Assembly (NCBI GenBank): GCA_047602405.1
Contig: JASGHJ010000002.1
Span: forward strand, 640,001 to 704,000
Direction: 5' to 3'
Source: Anaeromyxobacteraceae bacterium
Lineage (GTDB): Bacteria > Myxococcota > Myxococcia > Myxococcales > Anaeromyxobacteraceae
DNA: 64,000 bases
Part shown: positions 9,878-19,588 of the stretch, piece after piece
How the letters are laid out: the number at the start of each line of letters is the position of its first letter
How positions within the stretch are numbered: position 1 is the stretch's first letter
Program-made: the position numbers and the translations under genes
The notes under the pieces: model-generated
What the model saw: only the letters and a program-made list of their open reading frames with translations
Told to the model about the DNA's origin: nothing
Database searches by the model: none

Positions 9878-10757
9878 CCGCGGCCGTCCCGACCCCGGCC
9901 GCCAGCGTGTCCGCGAGCCAGCGCACGAGGTGCGGCGCCGGCTGGCCGGCCCCCCACAGCGCCCAGTAGCGGCGCGGCCCGTCCACGGTGAGGGCGAACG
10001 GCGCGACGAGCGCGCCGCCCTCGACGAGCGGGCCGTAGAGCACCGGGCACAGCAGCGCCACGCCGACGCCCGCCACCGCCGCCGCGGCCTCGAGCTCGTA
10101 GCTCGCGAAGCGGGCGGCCGCGGAGCGTGGGGCGCCGCCCCGCAGGCCGGCGCGGGTGAACCAGCCCGGCCACCGATCGTCGGCGAGCAGCGGCAGGTCG
10201 AGGAGCCTGCGCGGCGACGGCGTACCCGGGGTCGCGCGGCGAGGGGAGCCCCACAGCGCCGGCGAGAGCATGGGCGTGCCCCGATCCTCGAGGAGGGCGA
10301 GCGCGGCGTACCCGGGGGGTGGCGCGACGGCGCTCCGGATCGCGACGTCGAAGCGATCGGGCGGCAGCGCGGCGTCGGTGGCGTCGAGCGCGATCGGGAC
10401 GGCGCCGGCCGTCGCGTCGTACGCGGAGAGGCGGGGCACGAGCCAGCGCGTCGCGAACGCCGGCGCGCACGTCACCCGGAGCGCACGGCGCAGCGTGCGG
10501 GCCCGATCGACGGCGGTGCGCACGGCGGCGACCGCCTCGTCGACGGTGCCGGCGAGCAGGCGGCCCTGGGCCGTCGCCGTGAGGCGCGGCCCGCGGCGCT
10601 CGAACAGCGACACGCCGAGGAGCGCCTCGAGGTTGCGGATCCGCGCGCTCACCGCGCTCGGGGTCAGGCACAGCTCCCTTGCCGCGCGCGAGAAGCTCCC
10701 GTGGCGCACGCAGGTCGCCAGCACGTGGAGGGCGTCGAGGGGAGGTGGGGGCGCCAT
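9783..10757 (-). CDS. LysR-family regulator (GcvA-like)
   Basis: GSFSRAARELCLTPSAVSARIRNLE..LGVSLFER; WLVPRL. Confidence 0.9.
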   Translation of the reverse strand: MAPPPPLDALHVLATCVRHGSFSRAARELCLTPSAVSARIRNLEALLGVSLFERRGPRLTATAQGRLLAGTVDEAVAAVRTAVDRARTLRRALRVTCAPAFATRWLVPRLSAYDATAGAVPIALDATDAALPPDRFDVAIRSAVAPPPGYAALALLEDRGTPMLSPALWGSPRRATPGTPSPRRLLDLPLLADDRWPGWFTRAGLRGGAPRSAAARFASYELEAAAAVAGVGVALLCPVLYGPLVEGGALVAPFALTVDGPRRYWALWGAGQPAPHLVRWLADTLAAGVGTAAATSAAPQSRPAPRAKAASRTRAASRAARPRA

Positions 10758-10831
10758 TTCAAGCCCGGTTCACGATCACGTCGAGAAGTCCTCGTTTTGA
10801 GCCGGCGGGCGGGGCGCCCAGGATGCGCGCC

Positions 10832-11446
10832 ATGAACCACCTACCACACCTCCTCGCAGCGCTGACCCTCACGCTGGCCGCCTGCAGCCACGCCGGCACC
10901 CCCGCCGGGGCCTCCGCCCCCGTCCCGCCCGGCTTCACGATGGAGCGCCAGGGCGCCATCGACGACTTCGCGTACTTCGAGGGCGGGTGGCAGACCGTCC
11001 AGCACCGGCTCGCCGCGCGCGGCGTCGGCAGCAAGGACTGGAACGACTTCCCCGCGACGCTGTGCGCGACCCCGTACCTCGACGGCGCGTCCACCATCGA
11101 CGAGCTGTACATGCCCACCCAGAAGCGCGCCGGGCTCACGGTGCGCACCTTCGATCGCGAGCGCCGCCAGTGGTCGATCTACTGGGTCAACGGCGCGAGC
11201 GGTCGGCTCGACCCGATCCCGACCGTCGGCGGCTTCCAGGGCGACCGCGGCGAGTTCTACGCGCGCGATCGCGACGGCGATCGCCCGGTCGAGGTCCGCT
11301 ACCTGTGGACGAAGCTCGACCGCGACCACGCGCGCTGGGAGCAGGCGTTCTCGTACGACCACCGGACCTGGGAGACCAACTGGAGCGCCGACTTCACCCG
11401 CGGCGACGCCGCGGCGCTGTGCGACCGCGGCCGGCCGAGGAGGTGA
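10832..11446 (+). CDS. Hypothetical lipoprotein (DUF1579-like beta barrel)
   Basis: Lipobox LAAC; DFAYFEGGW, WSIYW, RWEQAFSYD..TWETNW; divergent from LysR. Confidence 0.7.
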   Translation: MNHLPHLLAALTLTLAACSHAGTPAGASAPVPPGFTMERQGAIDDFAYFEGGWQTVQHRLAARGVGSKDWNDFPATLCATPYLDGASTIDELYMPTQKRAGLTVRTFDRERRQWSIYWVNGASGRLDPIPTVGGFQGDRGEFYARDRDGDRPVEVRYLWTKLDRDHARWEQAFSYDHRTWETNWSADFTRGDAAALCDRGRPRR

Positions 11447-11459
11447 GCGGCGGGCGGAG

Positions 11460-13463
11460 TCACCACCCGCCACCTCCGCCGCCGCCGGAGCTCGAGGAGG
11501 ACGAGCTCGAGGAGAAGGAGCCGGACGAGCCGGAGGACGAGCTCGACGGCGCGGAGACGCCAGCGGACACCGACGCGAGCGCGCTCCAGGTCCCGCTCGC
11601 GCCGCCGCCCGAGAACGCGCCGCCGCCGCCGGTCCAGGTGGAGCCGAGGCCGCCGGACGGGCCAGCGCGGTTGCCGAGGGTGTCGCTCCCGATCCCGGTG
11701 TTCGGGACGATCCGGGTCGCGGACGCGCCGCCGTAGGCGCGCAGCCAGCGGTCGATGCCCGGCCCGAGCCCGAGGGCGATGAGGTACGGCAGCGCCTGGT
11801 CGGTGAGGGCCGGCTGCGGCTTCGCGAGCTCGGCGGCGAGCCACGCGCGCGCGGCGGACAGCCGGCTCCGCACGGTGACCTCGCCCGGGAGGAGGCGCGA
11901 GCGGGCGGCGCCGGCGGTGGCGAACACGGCCGCCGCCCAGAAGAGCGCGCTCTCGAGGACGGCCCAGCGGCCCGCCACGAGGCCGCCCTCCTCGTCGAGC
12001 ACCGGGTTCCAGGCGATGGACAGCACGAAGGCCAGGAACAGGAGGAGCGGGAGCGCGGCGAGGAAGAGGAGGGTGCCGCGCCGGGTGACCGCGCGCGCGT
12101 GCGCGCTCGCGCCGAGGGCGGCGAAGGTCACGAGGAAGGCGCCCACGAACGGCGGGCCGAAGACCAGCACGGGGTGCTCGCCGGCGAACAGGCCCACGCC
12201 GGCGGCGACGACGCCTGCCGCCGTGAGCGCAGCGGCGACCCAGCGGGGCCAGCGGGCCGGCTTCGTGGTGGTGCCCGGCGCCGGCGAGCCGCCCGCGCGC
12301 GCGTACATCGCGTGGACCTTCGACGCGAGGTCGCTCGAGATGCGCGTGGAGGGATCGAAGCCGCGGCTCGAGTAGTGGGAGCGGATGGCGGCCGAGCTCG
12401 TCTCGTCGCCGTTCGGGAAGAGCCCCGCCACGAGCGCGTTCTCGTAGCCCGGGAGCTTCCTGCGGTCGACCTTGAGCTTCATGCGGACGTCCTGCACGAG
12501 CCCCATCAGCTTCGAGGTCGAGCTGACCTCGATCTTGCCCTCCGCGGCCATGCGCGCGAGCACGGCCGAGACCTCCGGCGAGCCGACCTTGTCGTCCCAC
12601 GCGGCGCCGACGACCTCGGGCGGCAGCGACCAGACGTGCTGGTCCAGGAAGGCGGCGTCGACCGGGCCGGCGGGCGCGCCGCCGAGGCCGCGCAGCCCGG
12701 CGTCGCGCCGCAGCCAGCCCCACGCGCCCACGAGCAGCGCCGCGGCGAAGCAGAGGAGGGGCAGCCTGAAGCGCGGCTCGAACGGCGGCGCGGGCTCCGG
12801 GGGCGGCGGTGGCGTCCAGACGTCCGGCGCGACCGACCCGTCGTGCACGAGCACCTGGGAGAGCGTCACGCTCTGGCCGGGCGAGACGTTCTCGGTCTCG
12901 TAGGTGATCGGGCCGGCGTCGCCGCCCTCCGTCTTCCAGGCGGGGTCGAGCACGAGGCGCAGCGTGAACGCCTCGATGACGCCGCTGCGGTCCGGCATCC
13001 CGAAGTCGTGCTCGAGGTAGAGGAGCCCGGGCTCGTTCCGCTCGGACGGCCGGACAACGCGCGTGAGCACGTAGCGGAGCTCGTAGGTGAGTTCGGTGCC
13101 GGAGAACGGCGGATCCGACGCCTTCCGCGCGCGCCAGCGCACGGTCGAGGCATCGGTCATCCTGAAGTGATCGACCGCGTCGAGGTCGCCCTCGACCAGC
13201 GGCACCGCCCGGGAGGGCCCGTCGAGGCGCGCCATCCCCTCGAACAGCACCGCACGGCCCTCCTGCAGCGTCCACCTCCGCTCGCCGCCGTTCCAGTCGC
13301 CGGTGAGGACCATCACCTGGCGTTCCTTCACGTGCAGGAGCCCCTTCGCGTCGAGCGTCGCCTCGACGTCGAGCCGCTTCCAGTGGAGCTCCTTCCCGGC
13401 GGCGCGGGCCGTGCCGGGGAGGGAGAGGAGCGCCGCCAGGATCGCCGTGAGACGGAGCGTCAT
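11460..13463 (-). CDS. DUF2207-type membrane protein
   Basis: Signal peptide, LDVEATLDAKGLLHVKE, several TM helices, LPYLIALG, Ser/Gly tail ending GGGGGGGW. Confidence 0.8.
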   Translation of the reverse strand: MTLRLTAILAALLSLPGTARAAGKELHWKRLDVEATLDAKGLLHVKERQVMVLTGDWNGGERRWTLQEGRAVLFEGMARLDGPSRAVPLVEGDLDAVDHFRMTDASTVRWRARKASDPPFSGTELTYELRYVLTRVVRPSERNEPGLLYLEHDFGMPDRSGVIEAFTLRLVLDPAWKTEGGDAGPITYETENVSPGQSVTLSQVLVHDGSVAPDVWTPPPPPEPAPPFEPRFRLPLLCFAAALLVGAWGWLRRDAGLRGLGGAPAGPVDAAFLDQHVWSLPPEVVGAAWDDKVGSPEVSAVLARMAAEGKIEVSSTSKLMGLVQDVRMKLKVDRRKLPGYENALVAGLFPNGDETSSAAIRSHYSSRGFDPSTRISSDLASKVHAMYARAGGSPAPGTTTKPARWPRWVAAALTAAGVVAAGVGLFAGEHPVLVFGPPFVGAFLVTFAALGASAHARAVTRRGTLLFLAALPLLLFLAFVLSIAWNPVLDEEGGLVAGRWAVLESALFWAAAVFATAGAARSRLLPGEVTVRSRLSAARAWLAAELAKPQPALTDQALPYLIALGLGPGIDRWLRAYGGASATRIVPNTGIGSDTLGNRAGPSGGLGSTWTGGGGAFSGGGASGTWSALASVSAGVSAPSSSSSGSSGSFSSSSSSSSSGGGGGGGW

Positions 13464-13512
13464 GGCGGGAGGATAGCGGAAACGGGCGATGCGGGGGCGG
13501 TACGCGCCGTGC

Positions 13513-14415
13513 TCACGCGAGCCGCGCGCGCGCGTACCGGCCCGGTGGCTGGCCCACGTGGCGGCTGAACGCGGTGCTGAACGCGCTCGCCGAGCCGTAC
13601 CCGACCCGCTCGGCCACGTCGCCGAGGGCGAGTCCGTCACGCCGAAGAAGCTCCTTCGCGACGGCCATGCGCCACGCGAGCAGGTACTCCATGGGCGGCA
13701 GGCCGACCGTGCGCGCGAAGCGCTCGAAGAAGGCCGAGCGGGACATGCCCGCGGCCTTCGCGAGCTGCGCCACGGTCCAGGAGCGGGCGACCTGGTCGTG
13801 CAGCTGTCGCAGCGCCCTCGCCAGCTGCGGGTCGGCCAGCCCGCGGACGAGCCCCGGCGGCGCGTCCTCACCCGTCACGGTCCGCAGCGCCTCGACGAGC
13901 AGCACCTCCACCAGGCGGGTGAGCACGAGCTCTCGCCCGGGTCGCCGCGCTCGCGCCTCGTCGCCGACGAGCCGCGCCAGGAGCGAGAGGCGCTCGGCGC
14001 CGCGCACGTGCACCACCGCGGGCAGGAGCGAGACCAGCAGCTTCGCGTCGGGTGTGGCGAACTCGAAGTAGCCCCCGAGCATCCGGACGTCGGGCGGACC
14101 GGTGCGGGTCCCGTGGCGGACCTCGCGCGCCGGCGCGGGATTCGCCCTCGGGTCCAGGCGGTCGGGCGTCACCGGCTGGAAGCCCGAGAGGGTGAAGCCC
14201 GGCGTCGCGGGGAGGAGCAGGAAGTCGCCGGCCTCCAGCGTGAGCGGGGGCTGGCCCTCGACGGCGAGCCGGCAGCGGCCCTCGAGCACGAGGCAGAAGC
14301 TCGGCTCGCCGAACTCCGAGTACCGGACGCCCCAGCGGCCCGCGCCGCTGATCAGCTTCGACGCGACCGCGCGGGGGCGCAGGAGCGCGATGACCTCCTC
14401 GAGTGGATCGCTCAT
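13513..14415 (-). CDS. AraC-family regulator with cupin domain
   Basis: MSDPL start, WTVAQLAKAAGMSRSAF..F...VG.PPMEYL..WRM, VGYGSASAFSTAF. Confidence 0.92.
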   Translation of the reverse strand: MSDPLEEVIALLRPRAVASKLISGAGRWGVRYSEFGEPSFCLVLEGRCRLAVEGQPPLTLEAGDFLLLPATPGFTLSGFQPVTPDRLDPRANPAPAREVRHGTRTGPPDVRMLGGYFEFATPDAKLLVSLLPAVVHVRGAERLSLLARLVGDEARARRPGRELVLTRLVEVLLVEALRTVTGEDAPPGLVRGLADPQLARALRQLHDQVARSWTVAQLAKAAGMSRSAFFERFARTVGLPPMEYLLAWRMAVAKELLRRDGLALGDVAERVGYGSASAFSTAFSRHVGQPPGRYARARLA

Positions 14416-14488
14416 CCTGGACGCTCGCGAATGAAACGTGGACTGTGCATGATAGCGAGTCCAGAGACCGGCCGCTAACGTCTCCCGC

Positions 14489-15244
14489 ATGAAGAACGTG
14501 CTCATCACCGGTTGCTCCTCCGGCTACGGCCTCGAGACCGCGCGGCGCTTCCTCGCCGAGGGGTGGAACGTGGTCGCCACGATGCGGACGCCGCGGGAGG
14601 TCGCGCTGCCCCGGTCGGAGCGGCTGCGGGTCGTGGCGCTCGACGTGACGAGGCAGGGCAGCGTGTCCGCCGCGCTCGAGGCGAGCGGCCCGGTCGACGT
14701 GCTCGTCAACAACGCCGGCATCGGGGTCGTCGGCGCCTTCGAGGCCACCCCGATGGCGACGACGCGGGAGCTGTTCGAGACCAACACCTTCGGCGTCATG
14801 GCCATGGTGCAGGCGGTGCTGCCCGGGTTCCGCGCGCGCGGGTCGGGCGTGGTGGTGAACGTGACCTCCAGCGTCACGCTCGCGCCCATGCCGCTCGCGT
14901 CCGTGTACACGGCGAGCAAGATGGCCATCGAGGGCTTCACCGCCTCGCTCGCCCTGGAGCTCGAGGCGTTCGGGGTGCGGGTGAAGCTGGTCGAGCCCGG
15001 GTACTGCCCGACCACCCGCTTCGCGAGCAACGGCGGGGAGCGGATGCAGGGGCTGATCCCGGCGGCCTACGCGCCGTTCGCGGAGCCCATCTTCGCCGCG
15101 TTCGCTCACCCGGCCGCCGTGACCACCGAGGCCGACGTGGCCGAGGCGGTCTTCCAGGCTGCCAACGACACCTCGGGCCGGCTCCGCTTCCCGGCCGGGC
15201 CCGACGCCGTGGCCCTGGCGCAGGCGGCGTCGCCGGGGCGGTGA
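14489..15244 (+). CDS. SDR family oxidoreductase
   Basis: ITGCSSGYG, LVNNAG, YTASK, VEPG. Confidence 0.93.
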   Translation: MKNVLITGCSSGYGLETARRFLAEGWNVVATMRTPREVALPRSERLRVVALDVTRQGSVSAALEASGPVDVLVNNAGIGVVGAFEATPMATTRELFETNTFGVMAMVQAVLPGFRARGSGVVVNVTSSVTLAPMPLASVYTASKMAIEGFTASLALELEAFGVRVKLVEPGYCPTTRFASNGGERMQGLIPAAYAPFAEPIFAAFAHPAAVTTEADVAEAVFQAANDTSGRLRFPAGPDAVALAQAASPGR

Positions 15245-15264
15245 GGCTGCGGGCGAGGGGTGCG

Positions 15265-16899
15265 TCAGCGCTCCGGCTCGCCCGGGTGCGGCTTCACGAG
15301 CAACAGGTCCCCACCCTCGTCCGCGATCCGCTTCTGCCAGTGCGCGGGGTAGGGCGGGTGCGTGACCTTGCCCTGGGCGTCCCGGACGTTGCCGTCGAGG
15401 TACTTCCAGACGAGCCGCTCGCCGAGCTTCCGCCACCGCGCGGTCACGAGGTCGCCCTGCGCGACCGAGTACGCCGTGAGGTGATCGCGCGCGAGCCCGG
15501 GCGACTGCGCCCAGAGCGCGAGCGCGGCCTTCTCGAGCTCGGCCTGCCGGGCGACGAAGCCGCCCTCGAGCTCCTGCTGGACGGCCTTCACGTCCTGGAT
15601 CACGTCCACGTACCGGCTGCCGTAGGCCCAGTTCGCGACGAAGTTGAAGACCCAGAACGCGGAGTCCCAGGAGAACTCCTCGAAGCTGCCGGCGCCGACC
15701 GCGAAGGTCCTCGGGGCGGAGCGGTTGCCCGCGTACTGCGGCACGTAGACCGTGGAGTAGGTGTCGTCGAGGCCGAACCAGAGCACGCCGCCGATCGGCC
15801 CCGGCAGCGCGGCGCGCGCCTGCGCGACGAGCGAGTAGCCGGTCTGCTGCGTCGAGATGGCGCGCTCGTGGACGTACTTCTTCCCGTCGACGGCGAAGTT
15901 CATCGGCCGCCAGCGGTAGGGCAGCTCGAACGGCCCCGCGCCGACGCCCTTCGAGAGGTCGAGCGGCGTGCCCTCGAAGTGGTCGCGCATGAGCGTCATG
16001 ACGTCGCGCACGCCGAGCGGCTTCTCCGCCTTCACCCACAGCGGCAGGCGGGGCGCGCCGGGGGCGCCGAGCGCGTACTCCGGCCCGAGGGCCAGGGACG
16101 GCGCGACGCGGCGGAACACGCTCCACACCCGCGCCTCGCAGCCGCGCAGCGCGCCGAACGAGAGCGGCGCGTAGGCGTCGGCGAACGAGAACTCGGCGTC
16201 GGGGCCCTTGAAGAAGCCCTTCTCGCGCGCGAAGGAGATGACATCCTTCGCGTAGAGGGTGTTCCTCGCGTCGTCGAGCGGGAACTGGCGGATGCGGGCG
16301 TAGTTCGCGTGCGCGAGCACGTGGCCGTCGGGGAGGCGGCGGGCGACCCAGACCGCGCCCTTCCGGTCCGGGCCCTTGCCGATCATCTCGAGGACCCAGG
16401 CCTCCTTCGGATCGGCGATCGAGAAGGACTCGCCGGTCGAGGCGTAGCCGTGCTGCTCGACGAGCGACGTCATCACCTGGATCGCCTCGCGCGCCGTCCG
16501 GGCGCGCTCGAGGCCGAGCCACATCAGGCTCCCGTAGTCGACGCCGCCCTTCGGGTCCTGGAGCTCCTTGCGGCCGGTGAACGTGGACTCGGCGATCGAG
16601 ACCTGGTGCTCGTTCATGTGGCCGACGACGTTGTAGGTCACCGGGGCCTGCGGGATGCGGCCGAGCGACCTCCCGGAGTCCCACTCGATGATCTCCCGCG
16701 TCTCGCCCGGCTGGTGCGCGCCGGCCGGGGTGAGGACGAGCTCGCCGTAGAGCTCGTGCGAGTCGGCCGCGTAGGTGAGGTACGAGGAGCCGTCGGTGGT
16801 CGGGCCCGGCGCGACGACGATGCTCGTGCAGGGGACGGCCGCGGCGGGCAGGACGAGGGCGGCGGCGGCGAGGAGGTGGGCGAGGGTCTTCAGGCGCAT
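15265..16899 (-). CDS. C69-family dipeptidase (Ntn hydrolase), secreted
   Basis: Signal peptide then nucleophile CTSIVV; MNEHQVSIAESTF, IADPKEAW.LE, ERAIS. Confidence 0.85.
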   Translation of the reverse strand: MRLKTLAHLLAAAALVLPAAAVPCTSIVVAPGPTTDGSSYLTYAADSHELYGELVLTPAGAHQPGETREIIEWDSGRSLGRIPQAPVTYNVVGHMNEHQVSIAESTFTGRKELQDPKGGVDYGSLMWLGLERARTAREAIQVMTSLVEQHGYASTGESFSIADPKEAWVLEMIGKGPDRKGAVWVARRLPDGHVLAHANYARIRQFPLDDARNTLYAKDVISFAREKGFFKGPDAEFSFADAYAPLSFGALRGCEARVWSVFRRVAPSLALGPEYALGAPGAPRLPLWVKAEKPLGVRDVMTLMRDHFEGTPLDLSKGVGAGPFELPYRWRPMNFAVDGKKYVHERAISTQQTGYSLVAQARAALPGPIGGVLWFGLDDTYSTVYVPQYAGNRSAPRTFAVGAGSFEEFSWDSAFWVFNFVANWAYGSRYVDVIQDVKAVQQELEGGFVARQAELEKAALALWAQSPGLARDHLTAYSVAQGDLVTARWRKLGERLVWKYLDGNVRDAQGKVTHPPYPAHWQKRIADEGGDLLLVKPHPGEPER

Positions 16900-16955
16900 G
16901 GCGGCGCAGGATAGCCGAAAGTCGGGCCGGGACGGTGGTCCCGGGGACCGATCCG

Positions 16956-17014
16956 GCGCAGACGTCTGCGCTCGGGGCCTTGGGGGCCGGTCCTGACGGC
17001 GCAGACGTCTGCGC
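16956..17014. repeat. Two identical perfect 16-bp palindromes GCGCAGACGTCTGCGC
   Basis: At 16956-16971 and 16999-17014, intergenic. Confidence 0.9.
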
Positions 17015-17019
17015 ACGGC

Positions 17020-17460
17020 TCACTTCGCCTTGGGCTTGCGCTCCCAGAGGACGTTCACGATCACCCAGCGCCCGTCGAACTTCGCGAGGTGCAGGTAGTC
17101 GATCCAGTCGGAGGCGACGACCTTCACGCTCGCGGCGTTCTCGAAGCGGTCCAGGAGGGTGACGTCCTTCTGTCGCCGCTCGGCTGGCGTGTCCTTCCCG
17201 CCGCCGCGGCGGACGCTGGCGACGAGCTTCGAGGCGCCCATCTGCTCGACCCGGCTCGCGCCGTCCTCGGTGACCACGATGCGCTTCGCGAGCTCGGGAT
17301 GCACCGCGCGCGCCATTCGCGCGGGGTCCGCCTCGTACCAGCCCTCGATGTAGTCGAGCGCCGCGCGCCGGATGGCCTCGGCCTCCGGGTCGGCCTCGGC
17401 CCGTGCGGGCAGGGCGGCGGTGGCGAGCGCGAGGGCGAGCAGTGCGGGGAGGGGGCGCAT
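17020..17460 (-). CDS. Secreted NTF2-like (lumazine-binding 2 type) protein
   Basis: AIRRAALDYIEGWYEAD, ASVKV...WIDYLHLAKFDGRWVIVNVLW. Confidence 0.85.
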   Translation of the reverse strand: MRPLPALLALALATAALPARAEADPEAEAIRRAALDYIEGWYEADPARMARAVHPELAKRIVVTEDGASRVEQMGASKLVASVRRGGGKDTPAERRQKDVTLLDRFENAASVKVVASDWIDYLHLAKFDGRWVIVNVLWERKPKAK

Positions 17461-17619
17461 GGGGACTCCGGGCGGGGGTTCTCGGAGGGAGGCGGGCCGG
17501 GTCCGGGCGTGACCGCGGGACCCCAGAGGTCCGCCGTTCAGAGGTCCGCCGTTCGGCCGCCCCCGTCCGTCCCTCTCCCCCCGCCCGTCCCTCTCCACCC
17601 CGGGTCCGTCCCTCTCCCT

Positions 17620-17669
17620 CCGTCCGTCCCGAGCGTAGCCCCCGCGCAGCGGGGGCGGAGACGAGGGAC
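17620..17669. repeat. Palindromic REP-like repeat, copy B
   Basis: ccgtccgtcccgagcgtagcccccgcgcagcgggggcggagacgagggac. Confidence 0.75.
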
Positions 17670-17725
17670 AGGGGCCCGGGGGCTCAGATTCCTCCCTGAG
17701 CCCCAGCCGGATCCTGCGATTTCAC

Positions 17726-17747
17726 TGTCAGACCGGGGTGGCAGGAT
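17726..17747 (+). promoter_or_regulatory. Putative PafBC/RecA-NDp-like promoter
   Basis: TGTCAG-N10-CAGGAT, 7 nt before ATG 17755. Confidence 0.5.
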
Positions 17748-17754
17748 CGCGGGC

Positions 17755-19578
17755 ATGGACGCGTGGGCGGCCAGCGAGATTCGTCGGCGGAGTGGCACCG
17801 GAGCTCGCCCCGGCGGCTGCCTCGAACGACGCCGTCTCCGCGCAGGCCGCGAGCAGCATCGCCCGCCGCGACCCGCTCGGCGACCGCTGGGACCTCCGCG
17901 CGCCGCGGTGGGATCTCCCGACCTTCACGCTGTTCGAGCTGCGCGAGCTCTGGCTGCGCGGCGACGGCGGCCTCGAGAAGTACGAACGCGCTCTCGCCCA
18001 GGGCGCTCGCATGCTGCGGGCGCTGCAGGTCAGCCGCGCCGCGGTGCTGGCCAAGTTCACGGAGGGTGACCGGCTCGCCCGGCTGGGCTTCTCGAGCCTC
18101 GGGGACTTCACCGAGAACCTCCTCGGCACCCGCCGGCGCGCCGCGCAGGTGGAGGTCCAGCTCTCGAAGGCGCTACGGGAGCGGCCGCTCCTCAGGGCCG
18201 CGGTGCACGCCGGCACGGTGAGCCCGTCGGCGGCGCTCGCGGTCCTGCCGGTCACGCCCGGAGACGACGAGGCGCGCTGGGTCGAGCGCGCGGCGGAGCT
18301 GCCGGTCCGCAGGCTCAAGCAGGAGGTGAAGCGGGCGCTGAAGGAGCGGAAGGCGCTGCCCGGGCCCGACGCCGCGGAGGAGAAGAGGGAAGAGGACGAG
18401 GCACCCTGGGTGCACCTCGACGTGCCGATCTCGGACCGGGCCAGCGAGCGGCTCCACAAGGCCCTCGCCCTCGCCGGCGAGCTCGTCGAGAGCCCGCACC
18501 GGTTCGTCCAGCTCGAGGCGCTCGGGCAGGAGTTCCTCTCCGAGCACCCGGGGGACGAGTGGGACGTGAAGGGCGCCGAGCTCGCCCTCGATCGAACGCT
18601 GCATCCCCTCGACGTCCCGACGAAGCGGAACGCCGCGGAGGCGAAGCTCGAGTCGGAGACCTCCTCCTGGGAGTTCCTCGACCCGGTCGTCCCGGTCCCG
18701 GCCGTCGAGCTCGACCCGCTCGACGCCGCGACGGACGACGACCTGTACGGCACGGCGCTCGGCCTCTCCCTGGAGATCAAGAGCTGGGAAGACCTCATCG
18801 GCTTCTGCTCGGCGGTCGTGAAGGGCGCCCGGCTCCACAAGGAGGCCGGCTTCGTCGACTTCCGTCACTACGCGACCGAGCGGCTCGGCGTCCCGGCCCG
18901 CACCATCGAGACCCGCGCCGCGCTCGAGAAGCACCTCTGGGAGAAGCCCGAGCTCAAGGTCGCCAAGGAGATGGGCCTCAGCTACTCGAAGCTGCTCCTG
19001 AGGTCCCGCAGGACCAGATCCTGGAATTCGCGAAGCGGGCCGAGACCCTGACGGTGGTCGAGCTCAAGGAGGCCGTCCAGGCGCGGACGGACGCGCACAT
19101 GTCTGCGTCGAAGCGATTCCGGGTGTGGGTCCCCCGCCGGGTCGCCTTGCTGCTCCACCAGGCGTTCCTGGCCTCCTTGGCGCTTCCGGTTCCGCCGGAG
19201 GAGGCGCAGACACCGCAATCCTGCACCCTGGACGGCGCCTTTCTCGGGAAGCTCGCGGACCACTTCATCGCGGTCTGGGGCGGCGACGTGATGGAGCCGA
19301 AGACCGTGTCCCAGAAGCAGCGCGCGAAGTACCCGCGCTGCTGCTTCCCGGGCTGCAGCCGCCGCAGCGACCACGGCCACCACATCGAGTTCCGCAGCCA
19401 CGGCGGCTCGGAGGACGCCTGGAACCGCATGCCGCTCTGCGCCTTCCACCACCACGTCGTCGTCCACGGCGGCCACGCCACCATCACCGGCATCTTCCCC
19501 GACGCCGTCGAGTTCCGCGTGAACGGCGTCGTCTGGAAGGACGGGCAGTTCGGCCGAACGCGCGCGGAGCGGGTGTGA
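17755..19578 (+). CDS. HNH endonuclease with long helical N-terminus (DUF222-like); apparent frameshifts near 17780 and 19000
   Basis: C-terminal CCFPGC..HGHHIEFRSHGG.....NRMPLCAFHH..VH HNH/zinc motif; two helical repeats (GFSSLGDF..LG / GFVDFRHY..ERLG). Confidence 0.8.
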
Positions 19579-19588
19579 GCCTCGCCTC

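Noticed and set aside
17524..17620. CRISPR-like or other guide array beside the HNH gene
   Set aside because: Repeats are short, adjacent or irregularly spaced, lack unique constant-length spacers, and no cas genes are present
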